The notes under the pieces are model-generated. The model was not told where the DNA came from. It did no database searches and worked only from the letters and a program-made list of their open reading frames with translations. From assembly GCA_964016885.1 (NCBI GenBank), contig OZ024745.1, positions 112,778,001-112,842,000 on the forward strand: 64,000 bases of DNA. The letters are read 5' to 3'. The position numbers and the translations under genes are program-made. Numbering within the stretch: the stretch's first letter is position 1; the number at the start of each line of letters is the position of its first letter. Shown here one piece after another: positions 36,844 through 64,000 of the stretch. This DNA is from Eledone cirrhosa. Lineage: Eukaryota.

Positions 36844-36973
36844 CCAAATAAATATATATATATATTTTTTTAAATAAGACTCCAGTTGCATTTTCGATTT
36901 CATCTTTTTTTCTTTATACTTTCACTCGTGTAGGACACCTCGGTTATTTTTCATTTTGTAAAAATAACCTCAC

Positions 36974-37238
<265 letters not shown>

Positions 37239-37250
37239 CATATATATTAT

Positions 37251-37808
<558 letters not shown>

Positions 37809-37949
37809 TCGGTCAAGGTGATCAAGGTGATATATATATCATCATCATCATCATCATCATTTAACGTCCATCTTCCACGCTTGCATGGGTTATCAAAGAT
37901 AAAGATAAATTCACCTCATGTGGCCGGACGAAAATGCAAGGATTCCTCT

Positions 37950-40900
37950 TTATTTCAGACACAGATGGCAAACATAACCCCATCTCCCTCACCCTTCCCT
38001 ACACCTCCAACCCATCCCTTCCACCCATCAAACGAAATCCATAACTTCAGAGTTGGTACCATGAATGTAGGCACTTTAAAAGGTCGCTCTAACGAGGTTG
38101 TAGAGTTGCTTGAACGTAAGACGTAAGGAAGTTGATGCTTGTTGCGTCCAAGAGGGGTGGGTCTGCTAGATTCATTGTGGGTAAAAAACGATGCTATAAA
38201 CTTTTCTGGGTGGGAAATGAAAATGAGCTGGGTGGTGTAGGAATTATGTTAGCAGAAAAATGGGTAGATAAGGTAATTGCCATAAATAGAGTGAACAACA
38301 GAATAATCAAAATAAGACTTGTCCTAAATAGAACTACTGTGACAATAATATCCACTTACGCACCCCAATCTGGACTGCCTGGCGTTATAAAAGACAGATT
38401 CTATGAGTCGCTAATGCTCACTACCTCCCAACTAACCGACAGTGACTACATAATTATTTCTGGCGACCTAAATGGTCACGTTGGACAACATTGTTTGGAC
38501 AACATGGTTTGGTACCAGAAATGAGGAAGGCTTCAGAATTCTAGAATTCTGTGACGCAAATAACCTAACCATCTGCAACACAAACTTCAAAAAACGAGAC
38601 AATCACTTGATCACCTATAGATCAGGGGAGCATGCCAGTCAGATAGATTATATCCTTACCAGAAGACGTTACAAAGTGTTGGTTGTAAACATTAAATCAC
38701 TCCCCCGCGAAGAATGCACCTCCCAACATAGCCTCATAGTTAGTGACCTCATAGTCAGGACGAGACATACTCGACAACAGAGGAGGACCACCCTGAGAAA
38801 AAGAATATGGAAGTTAAAGGACCCCACAGCGAGTAACAAATTTAAAAGCATACTACTTGATGCTTTTGACATTAAGGAAGAGCAATTAGAGACGTACAGT
38901 ATAGAGGAAAAGTGGGAATTCCTGAAAGTTAACCTGCTGAAGGCGATAGATGAAATCTGTGGCTGGAGCAGACCTATAGGCAGGAGGAGAGTAACATGAT
39001 GGTGGAACAGTAAGGTGGAGGAGTTAATCAAGGCCAAAAAGCAAGCTTGGAAAGTATGGCGGGATGGGGGAAGTAGAGAACACTATCAAGTGGCCAGGAG
39101 GGAAGCTAGGAGACAAGTGTACTTTGCAAGAAGGGAAGCAGAGGAAAGAAAGTTCAAGCATGTTCTACAACATGAGGACCAAAAACGTGAGGTGTTCAGG
39201 ATTGCTAGACAATGTGTCAAGGAAAACCGTGATATGTCGGGGAGAAGTGTGTCTGTAATGATGATGGTATACTTGCCATCACTGATACTGATAAGAAGGT
39301 AGCTTGGAAGTGTCACTATGAGAGGCTACTAAATGAGGAGAATAAGTGGGAAAAAGATAGTCTGCCCCAAATCGATCCAATAGAGGGACCAGCAGTGCTA
39401 GTTGAAGGTAGTATAATAAGTAAGGCAATCAAAGATATGAAGACAGGCAAAGCAGCTGGGCCTTCGGAGATAGTTGCTGAAATCATCTGGATCGGTGGGA
39501 CATACTATGGTCTCCCAGATAGTAAACCAAGTCATACAGAATGGAGTCATACCAAATGACGGGCGTAGCAGCATCATCATTAACTTCTACAAGGGTAAAG
39601 GAGATGCCCTAGATAGGGAAAACTATAGAGGCATTAAATTAATTGACCAGGTCATGAAGGTCACAGAAAAAGTTATAGCGCAACTAATCAGAGAGCGAAT
39701 TGATCTAGATGGAATGCAGTTGGGGTTTGTATCAGGTAAAAGTACCACAGACGCTCTTTTCCTTGTACGACAACTACAGGAGAAGTTCCTAGCTAAAAGT
39801 AAACCCCTATACTTAGTTTTTGTTGACTTGGAGAAAGCCTTTGACAGAGTCCCCTGCTCCATTATCTGGAGGGCTCTTAGAAAACTAGGTGTTGACGAAT
39901 GGCTTGTGAGAGCTATACAAGCCATGTATAAAGAAACAGTCAGCAAGGTTAGAATTAACAACGAATATAGTGAAGAATTTAGCGTAAAAGTTGGTGTTCA
40001 TCAGGGCTCTGTCCTTAGCCCCCTCCTGTTTATTATTGCCCTTCAGGCTATAACAGATGAGTTCAAGACCGGCTGCCCATGGGAACTTCTATACGCAGAT
40101 GATCTAACGCTCATAGCTGAATCAATGGCTGAACTAGAGAAGAAATTCCAAACTTGGAAGCATGGTCTAGAATCAAAAGGCCTTAAAATTAACTTGTCTA
40201 AGACTAAAGTTCTAGTATGTAGGAAGGAAAATAGGGCACTGGTCCCCTCTGGGAAATGGCCATGCTCAGTGTAGGAAAGGAATAGGCAGAAACTCCATTT
40301 TATGTCCCAAATGCAAAGTATGGGTGCATAAAAGATGTAGTGGGATCACAGGTAAACTAACTAAGAACATAGATTTTATATGTGGCCGGTGCTCAGGTGC
40401 AATAAGTAGTAGCAAGTGCCCACAGAATACTAGCTCCTTCCATTGCCCAGATAGTTCTATAGAAATAGTGGACACCTTCCGTTACCTGGATGACAAAATA
40501 AGCAGTGGTGGAGGGTGCTCTGAAAGTACAGTAGCTAGAGTCAGAACGGGATGGAATAAGTTCAGAGAGCTTATACCACTATTGGCCGCTAAAGGTTTCT
40601 CCCTAAAAATGAAAGGCAGACTGTATGATGCCTGCATACGAACAGCAATATTACATGACAGTGAGACATGGGCATTGTGTGCAGAGGATATACGCAGACT
40701 GGAGAGGAATGAAGCTTGCATGCTCCGTTGGATGTGTAATAGTAATATACGCGAACGGCAAAGCATAAATGAACTAAGTGAGAAATTAGGAATAAGGGGG
40801 ATCAGATGCTGTTTACTTGAGGGAAGACTACATTGGTATGGTCACGTGATGCACATGAAAGACGATAGCTGTATAAAAAAGTGCAGAGCGATTAAAATAG

Positions 40901-41415
40901 ATGGAAGCTATGGAGTAGGTAGACCCAGAAAAACCTGGGACGATTTGATAAATTCTGACCTCACACACTTACACCTCTCCAAGACAATGTCACTGGACCG
41001 AGATCTTTGGTGCTACGCAGTAATACAGAAGACCTGCCTTGCCTAAGCACAATGCGAAACCTACAGTCAGTAGGCAACTCTTAACAAAAATAAACCCCCA
41101 TCCCATCACCCCTTTCTCTGTAAAGTTATACTGGTGCCACAACATCCAGTCCTAAATAAATGAGGTTGTGTAGGTATCATGACACAAAAACTCACAGTCC
41201 ACGCTGTAATGTGGCCGTGTAGGTAAGACGGTAAAAACCTTCCAGTCCACACTGTAAATGTGGTTGGTGTTAGGAAGGGCATCCAGCCATAGAAAACCCG
41301 CCAGACAGTCCTATACGAATAAGACAACCAATCTTGCCTCACGTGGGACAATTCCCGTCTAAACCCATGCTAGTATGGAAGATAAACGTTAAACGATGAT
41401 GATGATGATGATGAT
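37950..41415 (+). mobile_element. Near full-length RTE-clade LINE, single ORF broken by several frameshifts and stops
   Basis: APE: RVGTMNVGTL, STYAPQ, GDLNGHVG, QIDYIL, SQHSL. RT: NYRGIKL, FVDLEKAFDRVP, GVHQGSVLSPLLF, LYADDL. Cys-rich PHD-like insert CSVC...C..C..WVHKRC...C..C; LHWYGHV, GRPRKTW; stop at 41046; (GAT)n tail. Confidence 0.93.
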
Positions 41416-42385
41416 ATCATCATCATCATCATCGTTTAACGTCTATCTTCCACGCTAGCATGGGTTAGACGGGAGTTGTCTCACTTGAGGCAAGATTGGT
41501 CAGGTGACCGTGTCTCACTCATATAGGACTATCTGGCAGGTTTCCTACAGCTGGATGCCCTTCCTAACACCAACCACGTTTACAGTGTGGACTGGGAACT
41601 TTTTACGGTGTTACCTACACGGCCACATTACAGCGTGGACTGTGTGTTTTTTTGTCGTGACACCTACACGACCTCATTTAGTTTGGACTGGATGTTGTGG
41701 TACCAACATAACTTTATAGAGAAAGGGTGGTGTTGGCGGGAGTGGGACGATGAAGTGGGGTAGTGGGTTGGGGGGTGTTTGGTTTGGAGGGGGCCTACTG
41801 ACTGTAGGTTAACTTTGCACGTAGGAAAGGCGAGTCTTCTGTAATACTGTGTGCCGCCAAAGATCTTGATCCAGTGACATTGTCTTAGAGAGGTGCAAGT
41901 GTGTAAGGTCGGACTTTGTCCCAGGTTTTTCTGGGTCTACCTACTCTGTAACTTCCCTCAATTTTGATCACCCTGCACTTTTTTATACAGCTGTCGTCTT
42001 TCATGCGCATCATGTGACCGTACCAACGTAATCTTCTCTCGAGTAAACAGCATCTGATCCCTCTTATTCCTAATTTCTCACTTAGTTCATTTATGTTTTG
42101 CCGTTTGTGTATATTACTATTTCACATCCAACGGAGCATGCATGCTTCGTTCCTTTCCACTCTGCGCAGCTCCTCTGCACACAATGCCCATGTCTCACTG
42201 CCATGTAGCATTGCTGTTCATATACAAGCATCATACAATCTGCCTTTCATTTTCAGAGAGAGACCTTTTGTGGCCAACAGCGGTATAAGTTCTCTGAATT
42301 TTTACCATCCCGTTCTAACTCTGGCTACTGTACTTTCAGAACACCCACAACCACTGCTGATTTTGTCACCCAGGTAACGGAAAGT
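41416..42385 (-). mobile_element. 5'-truncated copy of the same RTE family, tail-to-tail with the previous element
   Basis: Reverse complement aligns with ~40474-41415; the tails meet in GATGATGAT|ATCATCATC. Confidence 0.92.
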
Positions 42386-43252
42386 ACATATTCACACATA
42401 TATACACATATATCTGTTTATGTGTGCATGCGTACGTGTGTATGTGCATACATACATATTTACACACACACACACACATATATTTAAACAGTGAATGAAT
42501 AAAATAAACAAATAGTTAGCTTAGACAGGTTGACAAATATATAAAGGGGGGAGGGTAGTGCAAAGGACAATAGATTCAGGGAAGGACAAAGGAAAGTTCA
42601 TTGATATACTCTCTCATAACACCAACAGCAAAGTGAAATAAAAGTAAAGGAAATGAATGAGTCATATAAAGGAAATATATTGATAAGGGATAGGTGGGGA
42701 AAGAAGGGGATTAAAAGAAAGAAGGAAAAAAGAAAGATATAAGAAATGTGGACTAAAAAATTTTAGAAAGAAGGAGAAGAAGAAATTCTGAGAAATTGAG
42801 ATGAAGTCTAGAGTGAAGGTCATTGTTCAGTGAAGTATATGACATTGTGAATTGGCAGTATCGGTAGAGGGTCGGACGCCATGCTTTCCAGCATAGTTAC
42901 GTCCCTTTACGGTCTGAGTTCAAATCCCGTCGAGGTTAACTTTGCCTTTCATCCTTACGGGGTCGATAAAATAAAGTACCAGTAATGCACTGGGATAATT
43001 GCTGGCCTTGTGCCAAAAGTAGTAACAATTATTTAGGGTGGTGGATTGGCAGTATCGGTAGAGGGTCGGACGCCATGCTTTGATGCATAGAGTTACGGCC
43101 CTTGCCATTCTGAGTTCAAATCCCGCCGAGGTTAACTTTGCCTTTCATCCTTACGGGGTCAATAAAATAAAGTACCAGTAATGCACTGGCATAATTACTG
43201 GCCTTGTGCTAAAAGTAGAAACAATTATGACAGACCAGGATCAACAGAATGA

Positions 43253-43283
<31 letters not shown>

Positions 43284-43834
43284 GAGAGTTAAAGAAGGAT
43301 GTGTGGCAGAAGAGAAAAAAGAAAGAATTGAAGTAGGGTTTGAGCTTCTGCAAGTTATTGAGTCTGGCTTGGGAATTATCAAGAAGACCTTGAAATTTAT
43401 CTTTGTATTCTTTCATTTTGTAGTATTTAATTTCCTACTGAAATTGGAGAAAGTGACTTAATTTTTTGGATACATCCCATTGAAAAACGTTTGTTCTGAT
43501 ACCTGAAAATTGTCTGAGTAAAGTCATAAACACTCTTATCTTGGGGTGCTAAGTTGAAGTGTGATTCATCAAATCAAAACATCATTTTCCTGTTGAGAAT
43601 AGGATATTTTCTAATCGGCTTATATGTTGATGAAAATGGCTACCCTTTAAGCAACCACCTACAACACCTGATCATGGTGAAAATGATAGGGGCATCTTCC
43701 AAAGGCCTTTGGAAAGCTACTCAAGTGATATTCTACAGATCTTCAGTTAGAGCATTCTTGGCCCAATATGAGTGTTAGCTGGGTTTGGTAGTGTATCATT
43801 GAAAGCCCGAATAAGGATTCAGACATGAAGTAAG

Positions 43835-45043
43835 TGTAGCAGTGACCTCCCTTGTTGTGACTCACAACCCCAATAAATTAACAACATCTAGACGGGAAGT
43901 AGAACCCTTTTTGTAACATCCGGTCAGAACCCTATAAAACTAACAACTTTAAGTTCTCACCCCCTCATTAGCCCTTCCGGCGCCTGGCCTTCGCCAGGCG
44001 TCTTCTGCCAGCCTGCGTTTGCCTAGCAATCAAAACGGTAACTACTAACTTTGCTTCATTCTTTCGTTTATTCATTGACATGTCAACTATACTGTTAAAT
44101 TGTTTATTAAATATTATACACACAAACCATGTCTCCTTGTTACATTCATACAACCCAGTATCATCGCTATATTGGTGACCCTGACGTGATACGAACACGC
44201 AGCCATTCATTGTTATAAGTGGTCACCCCGAAAAAAGAAAAAAATAGCAGAATCTGGTGTTGTGTGAGTAACATTACGAATACACAGCAAATTTATTGAC
44301 AAACTAGGAAAATACTCAGTCAAAGAAACGCACATGTGAAACTTTCGTGCAGACACTCTTTTTCCCTCACGCATCCACTAACTGTCGCAGTTTGCTGTAT
44401 ATATATATATGTTTCTCCAAGAAACGAACACACCACCTGTATTCATTCTCTGGAACACACCTGTGAACTATATTTTGTACATTTGAACTTTGAGCTCTTC
44501 TCTTACTTTATTACATTGTATCTTTGGGTGATGGATAGATAGAGGTTCAGTCGTTCTCTGGCCAAGAGCGGTTGGCTACCTTGACATCCATCATTGATTT
44601 TTGAAAACATTCTTTTGTCGTAATTTTCATGCCTGTTACAACATTCTCACTAACTTGCTACATATTTCATTCGATTTTTATATTTTAAAATTCTGGCGGG
44701 AGGTTATGTAGCAGTGGCCTCCCTTGTTGTGACTCACAACCCCAATAGATTAACAACATCTAGACGGGAAGTAGAACCCTTTCTGTAACATCCGGTCAGA
44801 ACCCTATAAAACTAACAACTTTAAGTTCTCACCCTCTCATTTGCCCTTCCGGCGCCTGGCCTTAGCCAGGCGTCTTCTGCCAGCCTGCGTTTGCCTGGCA
44901 ATCAAAACGGTAACTAGTAACTTTGCTTCATTCTTTCGTTTATTCATTGACATGTCAACTATACTGTTAAATTGTTGATTAAATATTATACACACAAACC
45001 ATGTCTCCTTGTTACATTCATACAACCCAGTATCTTCGCTATA
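43835..45043 (+). mobile_element. Miniature non-coding LTR retrotransposon (TRIM): 337-bp LTRs 43835-44171 and 44707-45043
   Basis: Direct repeats with about ten substitutions; termini TGTAGC...GCTATA; PBS TGGTGACCCTGACGTGAT (tRNA-Trp-like) at 44173; purine tract TGGCGGGAGG before the 3' LTR; 535-bp internal region with no gag/pol. Confidence 0.9.
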
Positions 45044-47779
45044 GAAGTTTGCCTGCATGATATTTTGACAAGATAATCCTTTTCTGCAACACATTCACCC
45101 AGTTCATCTATATTCCTTGTTGCATTACACTGTCCAGCTCACTCACTCTTCATCGACATCTACTTGAACTTTCCCCTGTATAAGATAGTGTCTGTCTTTG
45201 TCCGGAGTCTTCAAGAAGTATCTCAAACCTGCTCTGTCAGTTGCCATGATGCATACCAGCTTCTTTTATTTTAGGCATGACTCTGTTATCTGCACTGCTT
45301 CTCTACTCCCTCTATTTTCTCTCATTTCTCACCTTCACACCAGTTGATGACATTTTCTGCTCTCTGGAGTCCTTGTGCCATAAGCTGAATGGGAGTAATA
45401 AGATGTTAGAGGTCCCATACTGCTGCAGTTGCAGAAAAAACCCATCTACTTGTGAAGAAAGGCTATTGAGCTTCCTTTCAAGGGTCTCGGTTATTGTCAA
45501 TGGAACTGTATAAATCAGTGAGTACTACAGAAATCAGAGTAGGATAGAAAGCTGATAAACACCTGATGGATTTAATTTGTACAACCATAACATATTGACC
45601 ACATTTTCAATGACTAACAGACGATGGAGACCCATAAAATTTCTACTAACTGTAAATAGCAACTTCAATTAACCCAATAATTCTAGCATTGGCTCTTTGT
45701 CATAAACATGGATATAATTTTATAAGTATTAAAATACTTGCAATTTTATTACTTTACATTTATTTACATACTTTCTTCCATGTTTTGATCAAATATCTAC
45801 TAAGACAAATATAATTAAAACATTGTTGTTGCTGATTGAGATAAAGCAAGTGTATTTGAATACATATAAAAATGAGAAAACTCAACGCTAGAACAGCTGT
45901 TTAAACAGGTAAATGCTGTCAAAGACAGCAATAGGCTTCAATGCCTCATAGGACAGAGATCAGTGGTCAACAGAAAGACAATCTACAGTAGTCTAATTTT
46001 ATATTAGTGAAACGAATTTGTATATTTTTCTTATATATCTCTATAGCTCATTATGTTCAATATAACTGAAATAATAATAAGTTAAGATTTTTGGAAATAT
46101 TTGGAATATTTGTATACTTTATGATTACTGGATCTAATAAAATTAGATTTAAAAACTACACCATGAATATTATTACTGCATCATATAGAAGTTTTGTTAC
46201 AAATGTGTATGTAAGAATAATAACTGTTTCTACTTTTGGCACAAGGCCAGCAATTACCCAGTGTATTACTGGTACTTTATTTTATCGACCCCGTAAGGAT
46301 GAAAGGCAAAGTTAACCTCGGCGGGATTTGAACTCAGAATGGCAAGGGCCGTAACTCTATGCGTGAAAGCATGGCGCCCGACCCTCTACCGATACTGCCA
46401 ATCCACCGCCCTATTGTAAGAATGTATGTAAGAATAATAACAAGTGTCAATTTTGTTTCATGCCTTGTTACAACTCAAACAAATGAAGGTTTATTGTTCA
46501 TGGCTCTTACATTAAGCCTGTTTGTCCATTCTTGGTATATAACACCAATTAGTTAGCATGGGAAAGCTGATTTCACTTGTACTTATGAAACACAACACTT
46601 GACAGCTATACACTGTTCCTGCCTCACCTCTATCTGCAGTAACTAGCAGAGAAATAGTAACAGGATATAAACCAAGCTGTTCCATTAACATGCTAAAATA
46701 GGATGAATACTAGATGTTGAGTCAATGTCCTATAAACTATTTGTTTTTAGGATGTTGATTTAACCTATGGAGTTAGTAGCTCCAACATTCTCATACTGCC
46801 CATCCCACCATTGTAAACGTTTTCAAAATTAATAACATCTCTGCTTACATACAATGGAAGTGAATTGGACTTATGATCATAATATCTTGGGTTTAATTCA
46901 TGGACTGGGTTGTAAGCTGTGTACTTGAACAAAACACTTCATTTCATGTTGCTCCAGTATACTCAGCTGAAAATGAGTACCAGCAGTAGCTGGGGGTTTA
47001 ACCCTGCAGTGGATTAACATCCTGTCCAAGGGGAAGTCTTGTACTCTCAATTGCTTAACGCCAGGATAAGCACTGAACTGACGAGTCTCCAGGCTTGAGA
47101 TAGACTTAAGACTGTTTATATAGCACAGAACAGAAGTGAAATAGTTTTTAAGGTATTCGGCTTTTTCTCCTTGGGTCATTTGTTTAAATTCCTGTTGAAG
47201 AGTTGTCTGAGTATTGGAAGGAATCTCTTTTATGTGTATTCTTATTATTAACTACTTCTTGTGCATTTGTCACATATGAATTTTACCTTCTATCAGCTTT
47301 CATATAATCCTACTATACCCCTTCTACATCCGTAGTTTACACTAGGTACTCCATATGCAGGGTACCCTTTGTCAAACAGGTCTCCTTTTACGAACAGGCC
47401 TGGGCCCCCCAATGTCTAAATATGGCCCTGACCATATGGAATTCTTACCTACTCTATTTCTGTATATCAATCACAACCATTTCCATGGTGATAGCAAGGT
47501 CCTGTCTTTTTTTCCTACTTACTAAAACTTTAGTCTATGTTAAGTTTACTTTGAGGCATTCAATCTCAGGCTTTTTATTCCATATCTGGAATAGATTCTG
47601 CTATAAGAACTAGGACATAGGCATATTAGAGTTCCCATGAGCAGCTGGCTTTGAACTCCTCTATTATAGTCTATCTAGAGGACTATAACAGGATGTGACT
47701 GAGAACTATAATAAACAGGATGGGGTTGAGGCTTGAACCCTGGTGAAACCACTATCTGCTCATTAATTTCATGCTTCTT

Positions 47780-48400
47780 TCAACTAATTAGAGAAATATT
47801 CAAATTAGATGAAATGCAGTTTGGTTTTGTGCCAGGAAGAATCACTGTAGATACTCTTTTCTTTAGTGAGTTGATTACAAGAGACATTCCTAGCCACTAT
47901 ATCTAGCTTTTGTTGAACTGGAGGCCTTTGACAGAGTATCACAATTTGTCATCTGGTCGTCCTTCGGGATATTAAGTGTAGAATAATGGCTTGTGAAAGC
48001 AGTGCAAGCCATGTACATAGGAGCTGTTAGTAAAGTAAGAGTAGGTAATAAGTTTAGCGAGGAATTCAATGTGCAGGAAGATGTGCTCATCAGGGCTCAG
48101 TCTTCAGCCAATTTCTATTTATTATAGTTCTCCAGGCTATAACGGAGGAATTTAAGACTGACTGTTCATGGGAACTTCTGTATGCTGACAACCTTGGTCT
48201 TATAGTAGCTTCTGTGGAAAAGCTTGAGAAGAAATTCTGGTTGTGGAAACAGAACTTAGAGAAAACTTGGTAAAAACAAGTTTTAGTAAGTAGGAAAGAA
48301 GACAGAACTCTGATCCCATCAGGGACATGGCCTTGCTTGATATGTAGAAAAGGAGTAGCTATATATAATAGTCTATATGATGTACACGATGTAAATCTTG
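47780..48400 (+). mobile_element. Decayed RTE RT fragment
   Basis: LDEMQFGFVPGRITVD..., FKTDCSWELLYADNL, WPCLICRKG; homologous to 39700-40280. Confidence 0.85.
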
Positions 48401-48967
48401 GGTGAAACTATGACATCGATTTATATACTTTATTACATGCACATAACAAACACTAAACAATTTACCAACAAACAAACTACAACACATACATATAACTGAC
48501 CCTACATGACAAAAAGCACTCAGTTCAACCTGTTAGATGGTCATTTTGGTGCCAAGATAAAAAGTGCCTAGTCCACACTGTAAAGTGATTTGTTGGTGTC
48601 ATGACAAAAAGCACCTAGTCCATGCTGTAAAGTGGTCATTTTGGTGCCATGATAAAAAGCACCCTGTCCATGCTGTAAATATGGTTAGGGTTAGGGTTGG
48701 CATTAGGAAGGGCATCCAGCTGTAGAAACCAAGCCAGAAACAGTTCTGTGTGAGCAAGACACAGTCATCTGATCTGACTTGTTTCACAATGGGACAAATC
48801 ATCTAACCCAATCTAGCATTGAAAAATGGACGTTAAACCGTGATGATGATAATGACACACTTTTATCCCAAGCACATAAAATAAAAAAACAAACATACAC
48901 CCTTGTTGAACAGTAAAAAGAAAATACAAAAGAAGCTGAATACCTGCATTTTAAAAATGAATATCTC

Positions 48968-48977
48968 TTTATTTATT
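48968..48977 (-). terminator. Candidate LONP1 polyadenylation signals
   Basis: Overlapping AATAAA hexamers ~300 nt downstream of the stop codon. Confidence 0.5.
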
Positions 48978-49277
48978 TACATATAGTTGTAAGTAAAAAG
49001 CATGGAAGGAGGGTGCAGTAGCAAAAAGGTAAAGGAAAATAGGCCACTTGAAGTACCCACTAACCTTCAACCTGACTACTAGATACACAACCAGCAGTGA
49101 ATTATTGTGCTATGATCTCAATTGTTAAAATTACTTTAATTATTTGAAAATATTACACATATTTAACAAGTAGTGTCACACAATGTTCATCCTCTCTTAC
49201 TCTATACACACATACTGATACAGGCATATGCTCATTTAATGGGCAGCACCACTGGTTAGTTAAAGAATGGCAACGTT

Positions 49278-62906
<13,629 letters not shown>

Positions 62907-63139
62907 CTATAAAAGATGGGGAGAAGCAGTGGAAAACAAAATGAAAAATACGATTTGAATTCAGAAAGCAAATCCCTTAAATAATGTAAAAGATGTAACA
63001 ATGCTGTGAATTTATGATGAAGAAATAACATTTTCATTTATTTTTCTTTTAATCCTTACATATCAACTTTCAGAATAAACAGGTAATGTGTAGAATGATA
63101 TGTGTGTGTGTGTGTGTGTGCATATATTCAATCCAATCC

Positions 63140-63490
63140 AATCCAATCCAGGGCCTTCTCATTCCTGTTGAAGGAACCCCTCCCTGGTTGACCTCCATCG
63201 CTTTCTGCTTGGTTTTGGTCATGTCAGGAGTGTAGCTGTACTCACCCCGCATGGCTAATTGCAGGTTGGTGATGCTATAACCCATAGTAGGGGTGAATGG
63301 TCGTTGACTATGTGGAGTTCATCCACCCTTTTAACAGCTTTGTGTTTTTGTGATGCTGGGGTTCCACTTACCATTCTCATCAGACCAGGGTCTGGTGGGG
63401 GAGCCAGTTTAGTTAACCACTCAACCATGAAGCAGGTTGTACTGGGTTACATGGTACTAGTAGGAGGCAGAAGTCTGACCTGACCTGACC
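63140..63490 (-). mobile_element. 5' fragment of the same retroelement family as 2459/2919
   Basis: CCATGTAACCCAGTACAACCTG...CATGGT...TAAACTGGCTCCCCCACCA shared on the minus strand. Confidence 0.7.
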
Positions 63491-64000
63491 CTACATATAT
63501 ATATATATATAGTAAAATTACGTTGGACGATTTTAATATAAATTGGAAACCTTTAAAATGGGTGACTTTATTTCATAGAACCAGAGCTGGTTTTGGCTGG
63601 GTTGGTAACAAAAGGGTTAATGAAATGAAAATAAAGAGAAATCAATATATTTTATCGCAAACATAAGTCTTAATATCCTGTAATGATTTAGAAAATATCT
63701 AAAAACATGTTTGTTAATTTAAATGCATCTTTAGTAGCAGACAGATTGTAAAAATATGAAGTGTTATAGGTAAACACTTCACTTTTTAATGTGAAACAAT
63801 CATAGTATGAGGAAGACCTCGGAACACGATGGCTCGTCTATCCCATGCAAAAATGGAAAATAGACGTAAAATAATGATGATATACATGACTGTATTTACT
63901 GTTTGTTTATGGACTGTAACAAAGCAGTTCGACAAAGTGCCAGACTTGAAAAAAATAAGTGTTAGTGTCGATATGACCGTTGATGCTCCTGTATGGCCGG

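Noticed and set aside
43968-45094. Duplicated 80-85 aa ORFs ending RRRLAKARRRKG
   Set aside because: Antisense readings of the two LTRs through a GC hairpin; no coding evidence.

Overview
AT-rich, repeat-dense animal genomic DNA. The SINE families and microsatellite load suggest a coleoid cephalopod, probably Octopus (inference). Two spliced host genes lie on the minus strand. The first is a complete 4-exon, 135-aa fatty-acid-binding-protein (FABP/iLBP) family gene (12537->1831) with TATA, Inr and polyA signal; the ORF track only captures pieces of it, and it lacks the usual carboxylate-binding residues. The second is the last 9 exons of mitochondrial Lon protease LONP1 (62906->49278; 5' part beyond the window). 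The rest is mobile DNA: a Penelope-like element (RT + GIY-YIG, Naiad-like) with inverted pseudo-LTRs, a Tx1-like LINE in a (TATC)n tract, a near full-length RTE LINE with a tail-to-tail partner, a hAT/Charlie element with TIRs and an 8-bp TSD, Helitron derivatives, a tRNA-Trp-primed miniature LTR element (TRIM), a 5S rRNA copy and many tRNA-derived SINEs. The most notable hidden pattern is about a dozen minimal type-I hammerhead-ribozyme-like motifs from several unrelated sequence families. They sit beside (TA)n tracts, often in inverted arrangements, and include a repeated CAGAAGA core variant and a perfect 375-bp palindrome. All calls were made by eye; no searches or folding programs were run.
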